NCBI GenBank assembly: GCA_965207065.1
Contig: OZ242260.1
Coordinates: 3,232,001 to 3,296,000, forward strand
Direction: 5' to 3'
Origin: a bacterium
Lineage (GTDB): Bacteria > UBA8248
Length of the DNA: 64,000 nucleotides
This document shows, one piece after another, positions 23,443 to 34,233 of this stretch; position 1 is the first letter of the stretch; every line of letters starts with the position of its first letter. The position numbers and the translations under genes were made by a program. Below the pieces are notes generated by a model, which was given only the letters and a program-made list of their open reading frames with translations, ran no database searches and was not told the DNA's origin.

Positions 23443-24743
23443 TGCTCCAAATCCTCGATAGCGCGATTGGTGACGTGCTTTTTCCTCAACTTTTTGGGAA
23501 CGCGCTTTTCCAGGGGCGGAAAGAGGCCGTAGTTGATGTTCATGGGCTGGAATTTTTTTGGATTCGCTTCGATGATGTAGCGATTCAATGCGCCGAGCGC
23601 AGTTGTGGCGGGCGGGGGAGTGATGGGTTCTCCCTGTATGGTGGCTGCCGCATTGATTCCCGCGATAAGGCCGATGGCGGCCGATTCAAGGTATCCTTCC
23701 ACGCCGGTGAGTTGGCCCGCCATGAAAATATGCGGGTGACGCTTGAGTTGCAAGGTAATCCGCATCAGGCGCGGCGCATTGATGTAGGTATTCCGGTGCA
23801 GGCTTCCGTAGCGTAGAAAACGGGCTTTCTCAAGTGCGGGAAGTGTCGAGAAGATGCGTTTTTGCTCGGGGTAGCGCAGCCTGGTCTGAAATCCCACCAT
23901 GGAAAAGTAATCGCCCGTCAGGTCCTCGCGCCTGAGTTGGGCGACCGCACAGTATGTTTCTCCCGTATCGGGGTGTTCGAGACCCACGGGCTTCATCGGC
24001 CCGAACGCCAGAGTGTCTTTTCCGCGAGCTGCCATTTCTTCGAGAGGAAGACAGCCCTCGAAATAGATCGCACGCTCGAATTCCCGGAGGGGGATTTTCT
24101 CGCCGACGAGAAGATCCTCGACGAATTGGTAATACTGCGTTTCGCTGAGGCCCAGGTTGATATAGTCGCCCTCACCGCCTTCTTCGTTGCCCTTTCCGTA
24201 GCGCGAGCCCTTGAACGCCGTCGACATGTCGATACTGTCCGCATGAAGAATGGGCGAAATGGCGTCGTAGAAATAAAGGTACTTGCCTTGCGTCAGGCGG
24301 GCGATTTCGGCGGAGAGGGAATCGCTCGTGAGCGGGCCGGTGGCGACGATGGTGAGGGTTTTCTCCTCCAAATCGTTGATTTCTTCTCGGTGGATGGTGA
24401 TTCGCGGATCGTTTTCGATCGTTTCGGTAATCGTCTTGCTGAAAGACGCCCGGTCGACGGCCAACGCCAAGCCTGCGGGAACCCGGCAGGAATCCGCGCC
24501 CTGCAAGATGAGCGAATCGAGTTTGCGCATCTCTTCTTTGAGTAGGCCCGAGGCGTTTTCCACCGAATTCGAGCGGAACGAATTCGAGCAGACGAGCTCG
24601 GCCAACCCGCTGGTTTCATGGGCGGGCGTTTTCTTGTGGGGACGCATTTCGTAGAGGTCGACCTCTACGCCCCGCCTGGCCGCTTGCCAGGCGGCTTCAC
24701 AGCCCGCCAGGCCACCGCCGATGATACGCAGTCTTTCGCTCAA
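23409..24743 (-). CDS. trmFO: Folate/FAD-dependent tRNA (uracil-54) methyltransferase
   Basis: GGGLAGCEAA, ELVCSNS, FYDA, HRNTY, GVEGY. Confidence 0.95.
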   Translation of the reverse strand: MSERLRIIGGGLAGCEAAWQAARRGVEVDLYEMRPHKKTPAHETSGLAELVCSNSFRSNSVENASGLLKEEMRKLDSLILQGADSCRVPAGLALAVDRASFSKTITETIENDPRITIHREEINDLEEKTLTIVATGPLTSDSLSAEIARLTQGKYLYFYDAISPILHADSIDMSTAFKGSRYGKGNEEGGEGDYINLGLSETQYYQFVEDLLVGEKIPLREFERAIYFEGCLPLEEMAARGKDTLAFGPMKPVGLEHPDTGETYCAVAQLRREDLTGDYFSMVGFQTRLRYPEQKRIFSTLPALEKARFLRYGSLHRNTYINAPRLMRITLQLKRHPHIFMAGQLTGVEGYLESAAIGLIAGINAAATIQGEPITPPPATTALGALNRYIIEANPKKFQPMNINYGLFPPLEKRVPKKLRKKHVTNRAIEDLEQWRSKLDSQTV

Positions 24744-27256
24744 GCCGAGGCCTCCTGGGCGGGGGTGACTTTCGAGGCTTCCTTCCGCTCGACGAGTTCA
24801 GGAGGACATTCTACCGCATATCCGCATTCTTTCTTGGGGCAGGCGAGCTGGTTCCCGTTCTTCTTGGTCGTCTTTATCGTCAGGATGGGATTCCCGCAAG
24901 AGGGGCAGGGCTGCGCCACGGGCCAATCCCAGGCGACGGTCTTGCACCCAGGGAAGCGATTGCACCCGTAGAACGGTTTTCCGGTACGGCGGGAGCGCCG
25001 CTCCACCAGTTCCCCGTCGCAATCCTCACGGGGGCAGGACACGCCGGTCGTCCTGGGGGCAGGGGCGGCCTGTCCATTGCCGAGCGCTTTTCTTTTCTTG
25101 TGCGTATCCGGGGATGCCGTGCAGGAGAGATATATTCCAAAAGGTCCTCGTTTCGCCTGCATGGGCGCGCCGCACTCCTCGCAAGGCTGGGCGAGTTCCT
25201 CGATACGGGCCATCTCTTCCGCCGCTTCCGGCTCAGGCTCGTTCTCGGTGGGAATGCTTTCCGAATAACGGCAGCCCGGGTAACCCGAACACGATATGAA
25301 CCAGCCGTTTTTGCTGAATTTCTTCACCAGCTCACGCTCGCATTCAGGACAATTTCTGCCGATGGGTTCTCCTTTGGTCTTGAGATTCGGCAGTTCTTTT
25401 TTGGCTATCTGAATTTTCCTGTCGAAACTGTCGTAAAAATCTCTCATCACGGGCAGCCACGACGTCGTTCCGTTCTCGATGTCATCGAGATATTTTTCCA
25501 TCTTTGCGGTGAAACCCACGTCGATCTGGTCGGGAAAACCCTGTATGAGAAGGCGGTTCACTTCCCGGCCAAGGGAGGAGGGCGTGAATTGCCTGCGTTT
25601 TCTTTCTATGGTGACGTATTTGCGCTTCTCCAACGTGTCCAGGATGCTCGCGTAGGTGCTCGGGCGACCCACGCCGTCTTCTTCGAGTTCCTTCACCAAA
25701 GAGGCTTCCGTATAGCGCGGCGGAGGCTGGGTGAAGTGCTGCTCGGGCGCGACGCCGGTGGGAGCGGATTCGGATTTCACGAGCGATAGAGGGTCGGCGT
25801 CCTCGAGAGGCGGAAGCAGCCTGTCTTTACCGGAACCGGCTGACCTGGAATTCGGGCCGTCCGCGTTGTTCCCGGGTTCGGAATCGCTTTGATATACCCT
25901 CAAAAAACCCTTGAATTTCAGGACGGAACCGCTTGCCCGCAGGAGGAGTTCCTCATCCTCTTGATGGTCGTGAGTGATGTCCACGCTCGTCTGGTCGTAA
26001 ACGGCCGACGTCATCTGGCATGCGAGAAAGCGCCTCCATATGAGGCTGTAGAGAGAGAATTGTTCGGGTTTCAGGAAAGCGCGCACCTTCTCGGGCGTGA
26101 GCCCGACATCGGTGGGCCGTATCGCCTCATGCGCGTCCTGGGCCGTCTCCCTCGTCTTGTAGACGTTCGGCCTATGGGGAAGGTGGTCTTTCCCGTATTT
26201 CGTCTCGACATACGAGCGGGCCGCGGCGATGGACTCAGGCGCCAGGCGTACGGAATCCGTTCTCATATAAGTGATGAGGCCGACGTTTCCCGCTTCGCGT
26301 CCCAGGTTCACCCCTTCATATAAAGACTGGGCGATGCTCATGGTCTTTTTTGCGCCGTAGCGCAGCTTGCTGGAACTTTCCTGTTGAAGAGTGCTGGTGA
26401 TGAAAGGAGCGGGCGGTCTGCGCCGACGCTCTTTTTTTTCAACCCTGGAGACTCTCAAAGCGCTGGCGGCAATTTTTTCCGCCAGTTCCATCGCTCTGGC
26501 TTCATTCGGAATTTCAGCCTCTTTTCCGGCGATTCGGTGCAGTTTGGCTTCAAACGGAGGGTCAAAGCCTGTTTTTTCCAGGTGCGCTGTGATGCTCCAG
26601 TATTCTTTTGGCTCGAAGGCATCAATCGCGTCTTCGCGTTCGCAAATCAGTTTCAGCGCGACCGACTGCACCCGGCCCGCGCTGAGGCCGAATGCGACCT
26701 TGTTCCAGAGTATTTCGCCGGAGAGCTTGAAGCCCACGATTCTGTCCAGCTTTCTGCGGGTTTCCTGCGCGTCCACTTTTTTCTGATCGATTCGACCGGG
26801 TTTCGCGAGCGCCTCCTGCACCGCACGTTTCGTGATCTCGTTGAAAGTCACCCGGTAGAACTCGCTCTCGGCCCCGGAAGCCCCGAGGAGTTCCTGAATG
26901 TGCCAGGCAATGGCCTCACCCTCGCGGTCCGGGTCCGGCGCCAGATAAATCTCCTTCGCCGCCTTCGCCGCCTTACGCAACTGGTCGATGGTCTTTACTT
27001 TTCCGTGAATGACGCCGTAATCGGCCTTGAAATCGTTGTGAACGTCTATTCCCATTTTGCGCTCACCCGTTTTTTGCAAGTCACGGACATGGCCCCGCGA
27101 CGCGAGGATATCGTAATCCGAACCCAGGAATTTCTGGATGGTGCGAACCTTTGTCGGTGATTCTACGATGAGGAGCTTGGGCGCGGGTTTTCGTGCATTG
27201 CTCCTGGATGGGGAGCGTTTCGATGCGGCTTTTTTAGATGTTTTTTTGTCGGTCAT
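24740..27256 (-). CDS. topA: DNA topoisomerase I with C-terminal Zn ribbons
   Basis: IVESP, DPDREGE, SAGRVQS, ITYMRTD, GRPSTY, several CPxC repeats. Confidence 0.97.
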   Translation of the reverse strand: MTDKKTSKKAASKRSPSRSNARKPAPKLLIVESPTKVRTIQKFLGSDYDILASRGHVRDLQKTGERKMGIDVHNDFKADYGVIHGKVKTIDQLRKAAKAAKEIYLAPDPDREGEAIAWHIQELLGASGAESEFYRVTFNEITKRAVQEALAKPGRIDQKKVDAQETRRKLDRIVGFKLSGEILWNKVAFGLSAGRVQSVALKLICEREDAIDAFEPKEYWSITAHLEKTGFDPPFEAKLHRIAGKEAEIPNEARAMELAEKIAASALRVSRVEKKERRRRPPAPFITSTLQQESSSKLRYGAKKTMSIAQSLYEGVNLGREAGNVGLITYMRTDSVRLAPESIAAARSYVETKYGKDHLPHRPNVYKTRETAQDAHEAIRPTDVGLTPEKVRAFLKPEQFSLYSLIWRRFLACQMTSAVYDQTSVDITHDHQEDEELLLRASGSVLKFKGFLRVYQSDSEPGNNADGPNSRSAGSGKDRLLPPLEDADPLSLVKSESAPTGVAPEQHFTQPPPRYTEASLVKELEEDGVGRPSTYASILDTLEKRKYVTIERKRRQFTPSSLGREVNRLLIQGFPDQIDVGFTAKMEKYLDDIENGTTSWLPVMRDFYDSFDRKIQIAKKELPNLKTKGEPIGRNCPECERELVKKFSKNGWFISCSGYPGCRYSESIPTENEPEPEAAEEMARIEELAQPCEECGAPMQAKRGPFGIYLSCTASPDTHKKRKALGNGQAAPAPRTTGVSCPREDCDGELVERRSRRTGKPFYGCNRFPGCKTVAWDWPVAQPCPSCGNPILTIKTTKKNGNQLACPKKECGYAVECPPELVERKEASKVTPAQEASA

Positions 27257-27412
27257 TTATTTCTCATGCCCACGGGTTGTTGTTCAGGATTCCGGTTATT
27301 GATGGATCTTCCTGGTGGGCGGCTTTATATTTTCGATTTGCGAACGCTTGCGCAATCGCGGGTTCATTTTCAATTATGAAATTTCCTGTCGACGCTTGAG
27401 GCGATCGCTTGT

Positions 27413-28591
27413 TCATAAGACTCTTTCGTACACTCCCGAGGTTGTTTGTCGCACGAGGCCTTCCAATTCCAGGCGCAACAAGGCGGATGAAACTTCCTGT
27501 GCCGGCATGCCACGCTGCTGTGTCAGGCCCTCTATAGTGTTGTCTCCATTTTCCAGCAGGAGGAGAAGCGCATTTTCGTCCTCCGTGAGATTCGGGTTCG
27601 GCGTCTCCTTTGGAACTTCGCTTTTTTCAGGGCCCAATCCCTTGACTCGAATCTGCGCTGGATTATCTAGCATACTTCGGACGTACTCTGGAAGAGCGTC
27701 GACGATGTCGTCCGCATTTTCCACCAGGTGCGCCCCTTGTTTGAGAAGGTGATGGCAGCCGGTGCTTTTCTGGGTATGGACGGGTCCGGGCACGGCCATC
27801 ACCTCGCGGCCCTGTTCGAGCGCCAGCCGGGCGGTCAGGAGAGCGCCGCTTCGCTGCGCGGCCTCAATGACGACCGTCGCAAGGGACAAGCCGCTGATAA
27901 GGCGGTTTCTCCGGGGGAAATTCTCTTTTCTCGGATGAGCGCGAAGGTGAAATTCTGATATCACGGCGCCTTGGGTGGCGATCTCCCGCCTGAGTTCCTT
28001 ATGTTCGGCGGGGTAGTTTTGGGTCAGACCACAGCCGAGGACGGCGATGGTTCTGCCTCCCGCATCGAGTGTGGCTTTGTGAGCTTCCGCATCGATGCCG
28101 TAGGCCATTCCGCTTACGATCGTAATTCCTTTTCTGGCGAGATCGGCCGCAAGCTGCCTCGCCACACGCTTTCCGTAGTCCGTAGGGCGTCGCATACCGA
28201 CAATAGCGACGGCGAGACGATCCGTGGCGAGGATTTCGCCCTCGATGAAGAATGCGCCCGGCGGGGCGTAAATCTCGCGCAGGGATTCAGGATACTGGGC
28301 GGAATCGCGCGTGATTATTCCTGCGCCTAGTTTCGAAGCCTCCTGACGGATTTTGGCGGCCAAATCGACCGGTGAGTCTTTATCAAGAACTTCACGCGCT
28401 TTTCGGCCGCACAGGCGCGCAAACACGTCGGAGGGCGCATTTAGAGCTTCCGTGGGACGCTCAAATGATTCGGTAAGTCGATTCAGTCGCTCGGGTGTCA
28501 TTCCCGGCAGGGTTTGTAAGACAAGCCAAGCGTCGGATGCGCTCGATGAATCTCGATTCTCGATACGCGTCGTGGGGTTCGAGGTGCTCAT
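27413..28591 (-). CDS. dprA: DNA-processing protein DprA/Smf
   Basis: IVSGMAYGID, FPRRNRLISGL, SGALLTA, C-terminal LELEG. Confidence 0.95.
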   Translation of the reverse strand: MSTSNPTTRIENRDSSSASDAWLVLQTLPGMTPERLNRLTESFERPTEALNAPSDVFARLCGRKAREVLDKDSPVDLAAKIRQEASKLGAGIITRDSAQYPESLREIYAPPGAFFIEGEILATDRLAVAIVGMRRPTDYGKRVARQLAADLARKGITIVSGMAYGIDAEAHKATLDAGGRTIAVLGCGLTQNYPAEHKELRREIATQGAVISEFHLRAHPRKENFPRRNRLISGLSLATVVIEAAQRSGALLTARLALEQGREVMAVPGPVHTQKSTGCHHLLKQGAHLVENADDIVDALPEYVRSMLDNPAQIRVKGLGPEKSEVPKETPNPNLTEDENALLLLLENGDNTIEGLTQQRGMPAQEVSSALLRLELEGLVRQTTSGVYERVL

Positions 28592-28687
28592 TCACGATCT
28601 CCGGTGTTCCTCACACCTGAACCCATAACATGGAGTCCGTATCTCGTGTCAAGACAGAGGATATGTTCAGAGTGATGTGGGAATGGT

Positions 28688-29449
28688 TTATCTATTTTCA
28701 TCAGGCTTATTCCGGGTGTAGTGCTTGAGGTTTTGAAGTTGAACCTTCGCTTTTTTGGACAGGGGGTGTGCGGGGAATTTTTCGACCAGGTTTTCGAATT
28801 CAAGGGATGCATTCAAGGGGAATTTCCGACGGATATAGATAAGCCCTCGTTTGTAATAGGCATCCGGAACTTTCTTGCTTTTTGGGTATCTTGTGATGAG
28901 TTTGAGTAATTCATTCAGCGCCTCGTGGTATTGCCTGAGTCCGTAGTAGGACTCCCCAAGCCAATATTGGGAATGAGGAGCCAACTGATTTTTGGGAAAC
29001 AGGCGCAAAAAACGAAGAAATCCTCGAATGGCTGCCTCATTTTTCCCGTCCCTGACGGCGCGGTAGGATTTGTTGTAGAGCGCCTGCGGGGTGATGGAGG
29101 CGACTTTTGGCTTTTCCATCCTTTTTTGAGGCGATTGGCGTATCGAGAAGTTCTTGGCGATGATGTTTTCCCGCCTCAGTCTTTCTATTGTGGCCTCCAG
29201 AGTGCTCATTTCCTTTCTCAAGTCACGAATTCCTTGAGTGAGCGTTTCGATTTTCCTGGCGGATTCGGCTGCTTGCGCCTCGAGGCGCACATTATGCGCC
29301 TTGGCGGTGGACAATTCTTTTTCGAGCGCATTGACGTCGGAAACGCTTCGGGGTTTCTCGTTGGGATTGGAGCCTGGATTGAGTTGGGGGAAATTGGCGC
29401 ACCCTGCAAGGAACACAGCGAATGCCAATGAGCACACACTTCGCCGCAT
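28688..29449 (-). CDS. Tol-Pal-associated TPR lipoprotein, YbgF/CpoB-like
   Basis: Lipobox LAGC, coiled coil, then TPR motifs QYWLGESYY and YPKSKKVPDA. Confidence 0.8.
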   Translation of the reverse strand: MRRSVCSLAFAVFLAGCANFPQLNPGSNPNEKPRSVSDVNALEKELSTAKAHNVRLEAQAAESARKIETLTQGIRDLRKEMSTLEATIERLRRENIIAKNFSIRQSPQKRMEKPKVASITPQALYNKSYRAVRDGKNEAAIRGFLRFLRLFPKNQLAPHSQYWLGESYYGLRQYHEALNELLKLITRYPKSKKVPDAYYKRGLIYIRRKFPLNASLEFENLVEKFPAHPLSKKAKVQLQNLKHYTRNKPDENR

Positions 29450-29497
29450 ATCATATATCCTCAGGGCGGCAAAATCACAAAAAAGCAGGGCGCCTCG

Positions 29498-31105
29498 TTA
29501 CAGGCGAACGACTTCGAAGCCTTCGCGATGCAGTTCGGCATCGCCTTTTATGACGAGTTGTATGTTGAGAAGGCTTTCGAGTTCTTCCACGTGCCTTCTT
29601 TCTTCATCGAGGAGGATATCCACGACCTCGGGGTGGATGTTGATGAGGAATTTTGAGGCGTCCTTGTGTGCTCTCCTCATCCGGCGCACTTCACGCATGG
29701 CTTCATAGCTCACCGAAATCGCGGACTTCACCTGTCCGCGTCCTTCGCAGTAAGGGCATGCGGTGCAGAGCGTTCTCTGGATGCTGTCCCGAACGCGCTT
29801 TCGGGTCATCTCGACGAGCCCTAGTTCGCTGATCTTCAAAATGTTGGTTCGCGAACGGTCTTTCCTGAGTTCCTCCTTGAAGGTGTTGAATACTTTATCT
29901 CGATTCTCTTCTTTTTCCATGTCGATGTAATCGACGATGATGATCCCGCCCAGGTTGCGCAGGCGCAATTGGGCTACGATTTCGCGCACCGCCTCCAGAT
30001 TCGTTTCGAGTATCGTCTCCTCGGGGCTTTTCTTGCCCACGAATCTTCCGGTGTTGACGTCGATCGTCGTGAGCGCCTCGGTCTGATCGATCACGATATA
30101 GCCGCCGTTGCGCAGCCACACGCGCTGGCCGAGAGCGCGCTCGAGTTCTAATTCGACGCCGAAATAATCGAATATCGGCTCATCGCCGTCATAGTGCTGG
30201 AGCTTGGGAACCAGATGCGGATAATAGCTTTGTATAAATTCCCTGGTTTTCAGATATTGTTCCTTGTCGTCGATGATCATCCTGTCGACGGAGGAATTGA
30301 ACAAATCCCTTACGGTCCGCTCAATGATGGTCAGGTTCGAATGAATCCGGGACGGCGAGGAAGCCGATTCGTTTTTGATCAGAATATCTTCCCAGAGCGC
30401 GTGCAGGAAATTCACGTTGGCTTCGATGTCCTGGGCGGGCATGGTTTCACTCGCCGTGCGCACGATGTATCCGGCTCCTGGTTGGCGGTTTTTGCGTACA
30501 AGTTTCTTGAGTCTTTTCCTTTCATCTTCGTTCTCGATTCGCCTGCTGATGCCGATTTGCTTGATCGTGGGCATGTAGACCACATACCGGCCAGGCAGAG
30601 TGATGTAGCTCGTCAGCCTGGAGCCTTTGGTGCCAAGGGGCTCTTTGCTGACCTGGACGATGACGTCCTGGCCGTCTTTGAGCAGGTCCTCGATGTGGCG
30701 CTCTTCTTCCCAACGGCGAGGTCGTCTTCCGATGAGGTTACGATGAGATCCGTTTTGCTGCTCGTCCTTGCCGCCATCGTGTTCGTCCCCGTTGCTGAAG
30801 TCGTTGCCTTCAAAATCGAGGTCATCGTCGTCTTCTGATTGTTCCGTCGCGAGTTTCCTGTAATTCTCGATGGATTCGATTGTGTCGACGTCGCTCACGT
30901 AGAGAAAGCCCGCCTTTTCCAGTCCGATGTCTACAAACGCCGCCTGCATTCCCGGCAGCACTTTTGTGACTTTTCCCTTGTATATATTGCCGACGATGTT
31001 CTTGCCGCTTTCTCGTTCGATGTAAAGCTCGGCCGCTACCCCGTTTTCGAGCAGCGCGATGCGCGTCTCAAACGGCTCGGCGTTGACGACGATTTCAGAC
31101 GGCAT
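29498..31105 (-). CDS. rng: Rne/Rng family ribonuclease (RNase G size)
   Basis: GNIYKG, PGMQAAFVDIG, IDVNTG, LRLRNLGGIIIVDYIDM, CPYCEGRG. Confidence 0.92.
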   Translation of the reverse strand: MPSEIVVNAEPFETRIALLENGVAAELYIERESGKNIVGNIYKGKVTKVLPGMQAAFVDIGLEKAGFLYVSDVDTIESIENYRKLATEQSEDDDDLDFEGNDFSNGDEHDGGKDEQQNGSHRNLIGRRPRRWEEERHIEDLLKDGQDVIVQVSKEPLGTKGSRLTSYITLPGRYVVYMPTIKQIGISRRIENEDERKRLKKLVRKNRQPGAGYIVRTASETMPAQDIEANVNFLHALWEDILIKNESASSPSRIHSNLTIIERTVRDLFNSSVDRMIIDDKEQYLKTREFIQSYYPHLVPKLQHYDGDEPIFDYFGVELELERALGQRVWLRNGGYIVIDQTEALTTIDVNTGRFVGKKSPEETILETNLEAVREIVAQLRLRNLGGIIIVDYIDMEKEENRDKVFNTFKEELRKDRSRTNILKISELGLVEMTRKRVRDSIQRTLCTACPYCEGRGQVKSAISVSYEAMREVRRMRRAHKDASKFLINIHPEVVDILLDEERRHVEELESLLNIQLVIKGDAELHREGFEVVRL

Positions 31106-33917
31106 TTTGTAATGTGCGGGGCGTTCCCGCTCTCCAGTGGACGGAGATTTTCTGAACCCGAGCCCTCAGGCATGCCTCGGGAGATAGCCCGAAACATCGG
31201 GCGAGAAGTTCCGTAACCTTCGGTTTAATGCCATCTCCATAAAGGAGTGTGAGGTGCAGGCGAATGACGGCGTCGGTCGATGATTCGAGCGAAAACCGCA
31301 CGATGGATGGCCGCGCGTCGAAATGTTTAATCTTTCCTTTGTGCTCGCGCGTGATTTCAATGCTGTTTTCATCCATGAACTCTTCGATGATGGTACTGAC
31401 CTGTAAATCCGGAGCTTCGGGCGAGTCAAGGTCTTTTCGAGACAAGGAAATTTCATAGGTTGCAGCCCTGAGCGCGTTGGCGGATGAAGGTGCTTTCCCC
31501 TCGATGCGCCATCCCGAACGGGGCTTGAGGCCTCGAGGGAGTTCACGTTTCAGGTTTTGGAACAAATCGCGTAATTCGATGCGCCCGTCGACCTCCAATA
31601 GTGAGAAATCCACCACCTCCGCGCGGCTCCCCACGCCTACGGGCAGCGCATGGGAGAAAACGATTTTGGGGTGCGGGTTGAAGCCTTTGGAATGTTCGAG
31701 GCGGTAGCCCGCGCGCTGTATGGCGCGGATGAAAGTTCTGAGAATCTCCAGGTGACTCAAGAAGCGGAGGTCTCCGGATTTTTCATAGATGAATCTGAAT
31801 TTGCGGATGGGCGCGTCGGGTTGTTCTTCGGCGAGGCCGGGGTTGTCGTCGTGTGCGCCCTCGAAACCCACCGGAACGGGCCCTGATTCCCGGGCGACGC
31901 TCTTGCGCCTCCTTTGTCTGGGACGCGGCGGCTCGGGCTGGGCTTTGGCGATTGCGAGCTCTACCGGTTCTGCGGGAGCGACGTCCTGTCCGGGCGGCAA
32001 ATCCGCCGCGTGAACCATACTGTCAGCCCGAGCGGGCGCGTTGATGACCGGGAGAGAAGAATTTTCAAGCGGCATGGGTTTTTCGTAGTGGTATTTGATG
32101 CCCTTGTATTTATCCAGAATGCCGCATTGACCGCACGCCTCATAGCGGCAATCGCCGATAGTGACCTCGCGGAGTGAGCGTTTCCAGTCGGCGAGTTGAT
32201 ACTCCTTCGTCACACCGCAGTCGAGATGATCCCAGGGGAGCGGGGCATCTTCCGGTATTTCGCGGTAGGCGTACCATTCCGGGTCGAGGTCATGTTCCCT
32301 GAAGGCGGCCATCCATTTATCGTAGTCGAAAAACTCCATCCAGCCGTCGAATTTACATCCCATGTCGACCGCCGTCTCGATGGCGTCCGCCTGGCGGCGG
32401 TCGCCTTTCGAGATAACCGCTTCCAAAAAACTGTGCTCGGGGTTCGACCAGTGCAGCTTGATTCGCCTGTCTGGCACGGCGCGCTTGATGAAATCGAGTT
32501 TCGCCTTGATTTCCTCTTTCGTGTTCTGGGGAAACCACTGGAAGGGCGTATGGGGTTTCGGCACGAAGGTGGAAAGGCTGACGTTGATGAAGCGGAACGG
32601 CTCGCCCGTTTTTCGCGAGCGCATCCTCATGCAGGACATGAGCATGTCCGCCATCTCCTGCAAGTCGTCGAAATTCTCGGTGGGGAGACCGAGCATGAAA
32701 TAGAACTTTACGCCCGGCCATCCGGTGTCGAGGATGTCCTGGAGGTTTCGCTTGAGGTCCGCTTCGGTCAACACCTTGTTGATGACGTTTCGCAGGCGCT
32801 CGCTGCCCGCCTCGGGCACCAGGGTGAAGCCCGTGCGGCGCACGCGGGCAATCTGGGCCAGGAGATCCGGGCTCATCGCGCCGACGCGCAACGATGGGAG
32901 GGAGATGGAGGTCTGCATGGGAGCGAGGCGCTCCATCATGCGGGGTACCAGGCCCTTCAGGGGTTGATAATCGGCGATGCAAAGTGATGAGAGGCTGATT
33001 TCCTCATAACCCGTATTCTTGAGGGATTCCTCAGCGAGTTCGAGGACTTTGTGGGGGTCCCGATCCCGAACGGGGCGATAGACCATGCCTGCGTGACAAA
33101 AGCGGCATCCCCTCGTGCATCCGCGCTGCACCTCGAGCGTCACCCGGTCGTGCACCACCTGGGTGAAGGGGATGACAGGCTGCGTGGGGTGGGGCGAATC
33201 GTTCAAATCCTCCAGTACGCGCGCCAGAACGGGATCCTGGTGGCCGCTGACGTGATGAAAACGCTTCACCTCGCCGTCGGGCTCGTGTTCGACCACGTAA
33301 CGACTCGGGACGTAGACCCCGTCAATCTCCTCCAGCATCTCGAGCAACGCTTCTCTGGGTGCGTTCGTTTGCCGCCACCTCTCGTGGGCTTTGATGACAT
33401 CGGGGAAAAGTTCTTCTCCATCGCCGAGAGCGACGGCGTCGAAGAACGGCGCCATCGGCTCCACGTTGAACGTCACGGGACCGCCCGCGATGACGAGCGG
33501 GTCTTCTCTCCGCCTTTGGGTGGTTCGCCTGGGTATGCCGGCCAGATCGAGCAGCAAGACGATGTTGCTGGCGGCCAGTTCGTACAGAAGCGATATCCCC
33601 AGAATATGGAATTCCCGGACGGGCGTTCTGCTCTCCAGCGTGGTCAGAGGCGCGTTCTTGCTTCTCAGGATGGTTTCGAAATCATCCCAGGGGAGAAAAA
33701 CCCGCTCGGCGGCGACGTCTTCATTTTCGTTCAGGAGGTGATAGAGAATGCGGATGCCATTGTGCGACATGCCGACTTCATAAGTATCCGGGAACGCAAG
33801 TGCGATACGATTTCTTACCTTGGCGAGATCCTTGTGGATCGAGTTGACCTCGTTCCCTAGATAACGCGAAGGTTTCTGGACGAAGGGGAAAACGTCCCGT
33901 GCGTAGTCTAAATTCAT
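31095..33917 (-). CDS. B12-binding-like radical SAM protein (TIGR03960 type) fused to a DUF2344/TIGR03936 domain
   Basis: KPSRYLGNE, FPDTYEVGMS, RGCTRGCRFC, PKPHTPFQW; C-terminal FLSHLE and GFNPHP; probable ATG at 33917. Confidence 0.88.
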   Translation of the reverse strand: MNLDYARDVFPFVQKPSRYLGNEVNSIHKDLAKVRNRIALAFPDTYEVGMSHNGIRILYHLLNENEDVAAERVFLPWDDFETILRSKNAPLTTLESRTPVREFHILGISLLYELAASNIVLLLDLAGIPRRTTQRRREDPLVIAGGPVTFNVEPMAPFFDAVALGDGEELFPDVIKAHERWRQTNAPREALLEMLEEIDGVYVPSRYVVEHEPDGEVKRFHHVSGHQDPVLARVLEDLNDSPHPTQPVIPFTQVVHDRVTLEVQRGCTRGCRFCHAGMVYRPVRDRDPHKVLELAEESLKNTGYEEISLSSLCIADYQPLKGLVPRMMERLAPMQTSISLPSLRVGAMSPDLLAQIARVRRTGFTLVPEAGSERLRNVINKVLTEADLKRNLQDILDTGWPGVKFYFMLGLPTENFDDLQEMADMLMSCMRMRSRKTGEPFRFINVSLSTFVPKPHTPFQWFPQNTKEEIKAKLDFIKRAVPDRRIKLHWSNPEHSFLEAVISKGDRRQADAIETAVDMGCKFDGWMEFFDYDKWMAAFREHDLDPEWYAYREIPEDAPLPWDHLDCGVTKEYQLADWKRSLREVTIGDCRYEACGQCGILDKYKGIKYHYEKPMPLENSSLPVINAPARADSMVHAADLPPGQDVAPAEPVELAIAKAQPEPPRPRQRRRKSVARESGPVPVGFEGAHDDNPGLAEEQPDAPIRKFRFIYEKSGDLRFLSHLEILRTFIRAIQRAGYRLEHSKGFNPHPKIVFSHALPVGVGSRAEVVDFSLLEVDGRIELRDLFQNLKRELPRGLKPRSGWRIEGKAPSSANALRAATYEISLSRKDLDSPEAPDLQVSTIIEEFMDENSIEITREHKGKIKHFDARPSIVRFSLESSTDAVIRLHLTLLYGDGIKPKVTELLARCFGLSPEACLRARVQKISVHWRAGTPRTLQNAV

Positions 33918-34233
33918 TATAATCAACCTGATAAAGTCTCTCTCGCCAAATGCGAGGAGACATATTTTCTTCTTAAGGTTCCCGACCTGCGCCTTTTGGG
34001 GGTCTGGGCGAACCGATCCCTTATATTGACGGATATGGGAAGAATTGGCAACCGGGATATATTTCGAACGTGAGGCATCTGGCTTCATTGCGCATGTTCA
34101 CGCATATTGATGCCAAGATCGAACGAGGGGCTTTGCCGTAATTCGGTAGTGAGGGTATTTTCAATTCGTTGTTTCTGGAGATATGATTTTACGGATTCTT
34201 GACCACTTCTGACCGATTCAGGGAGTTTCGCAG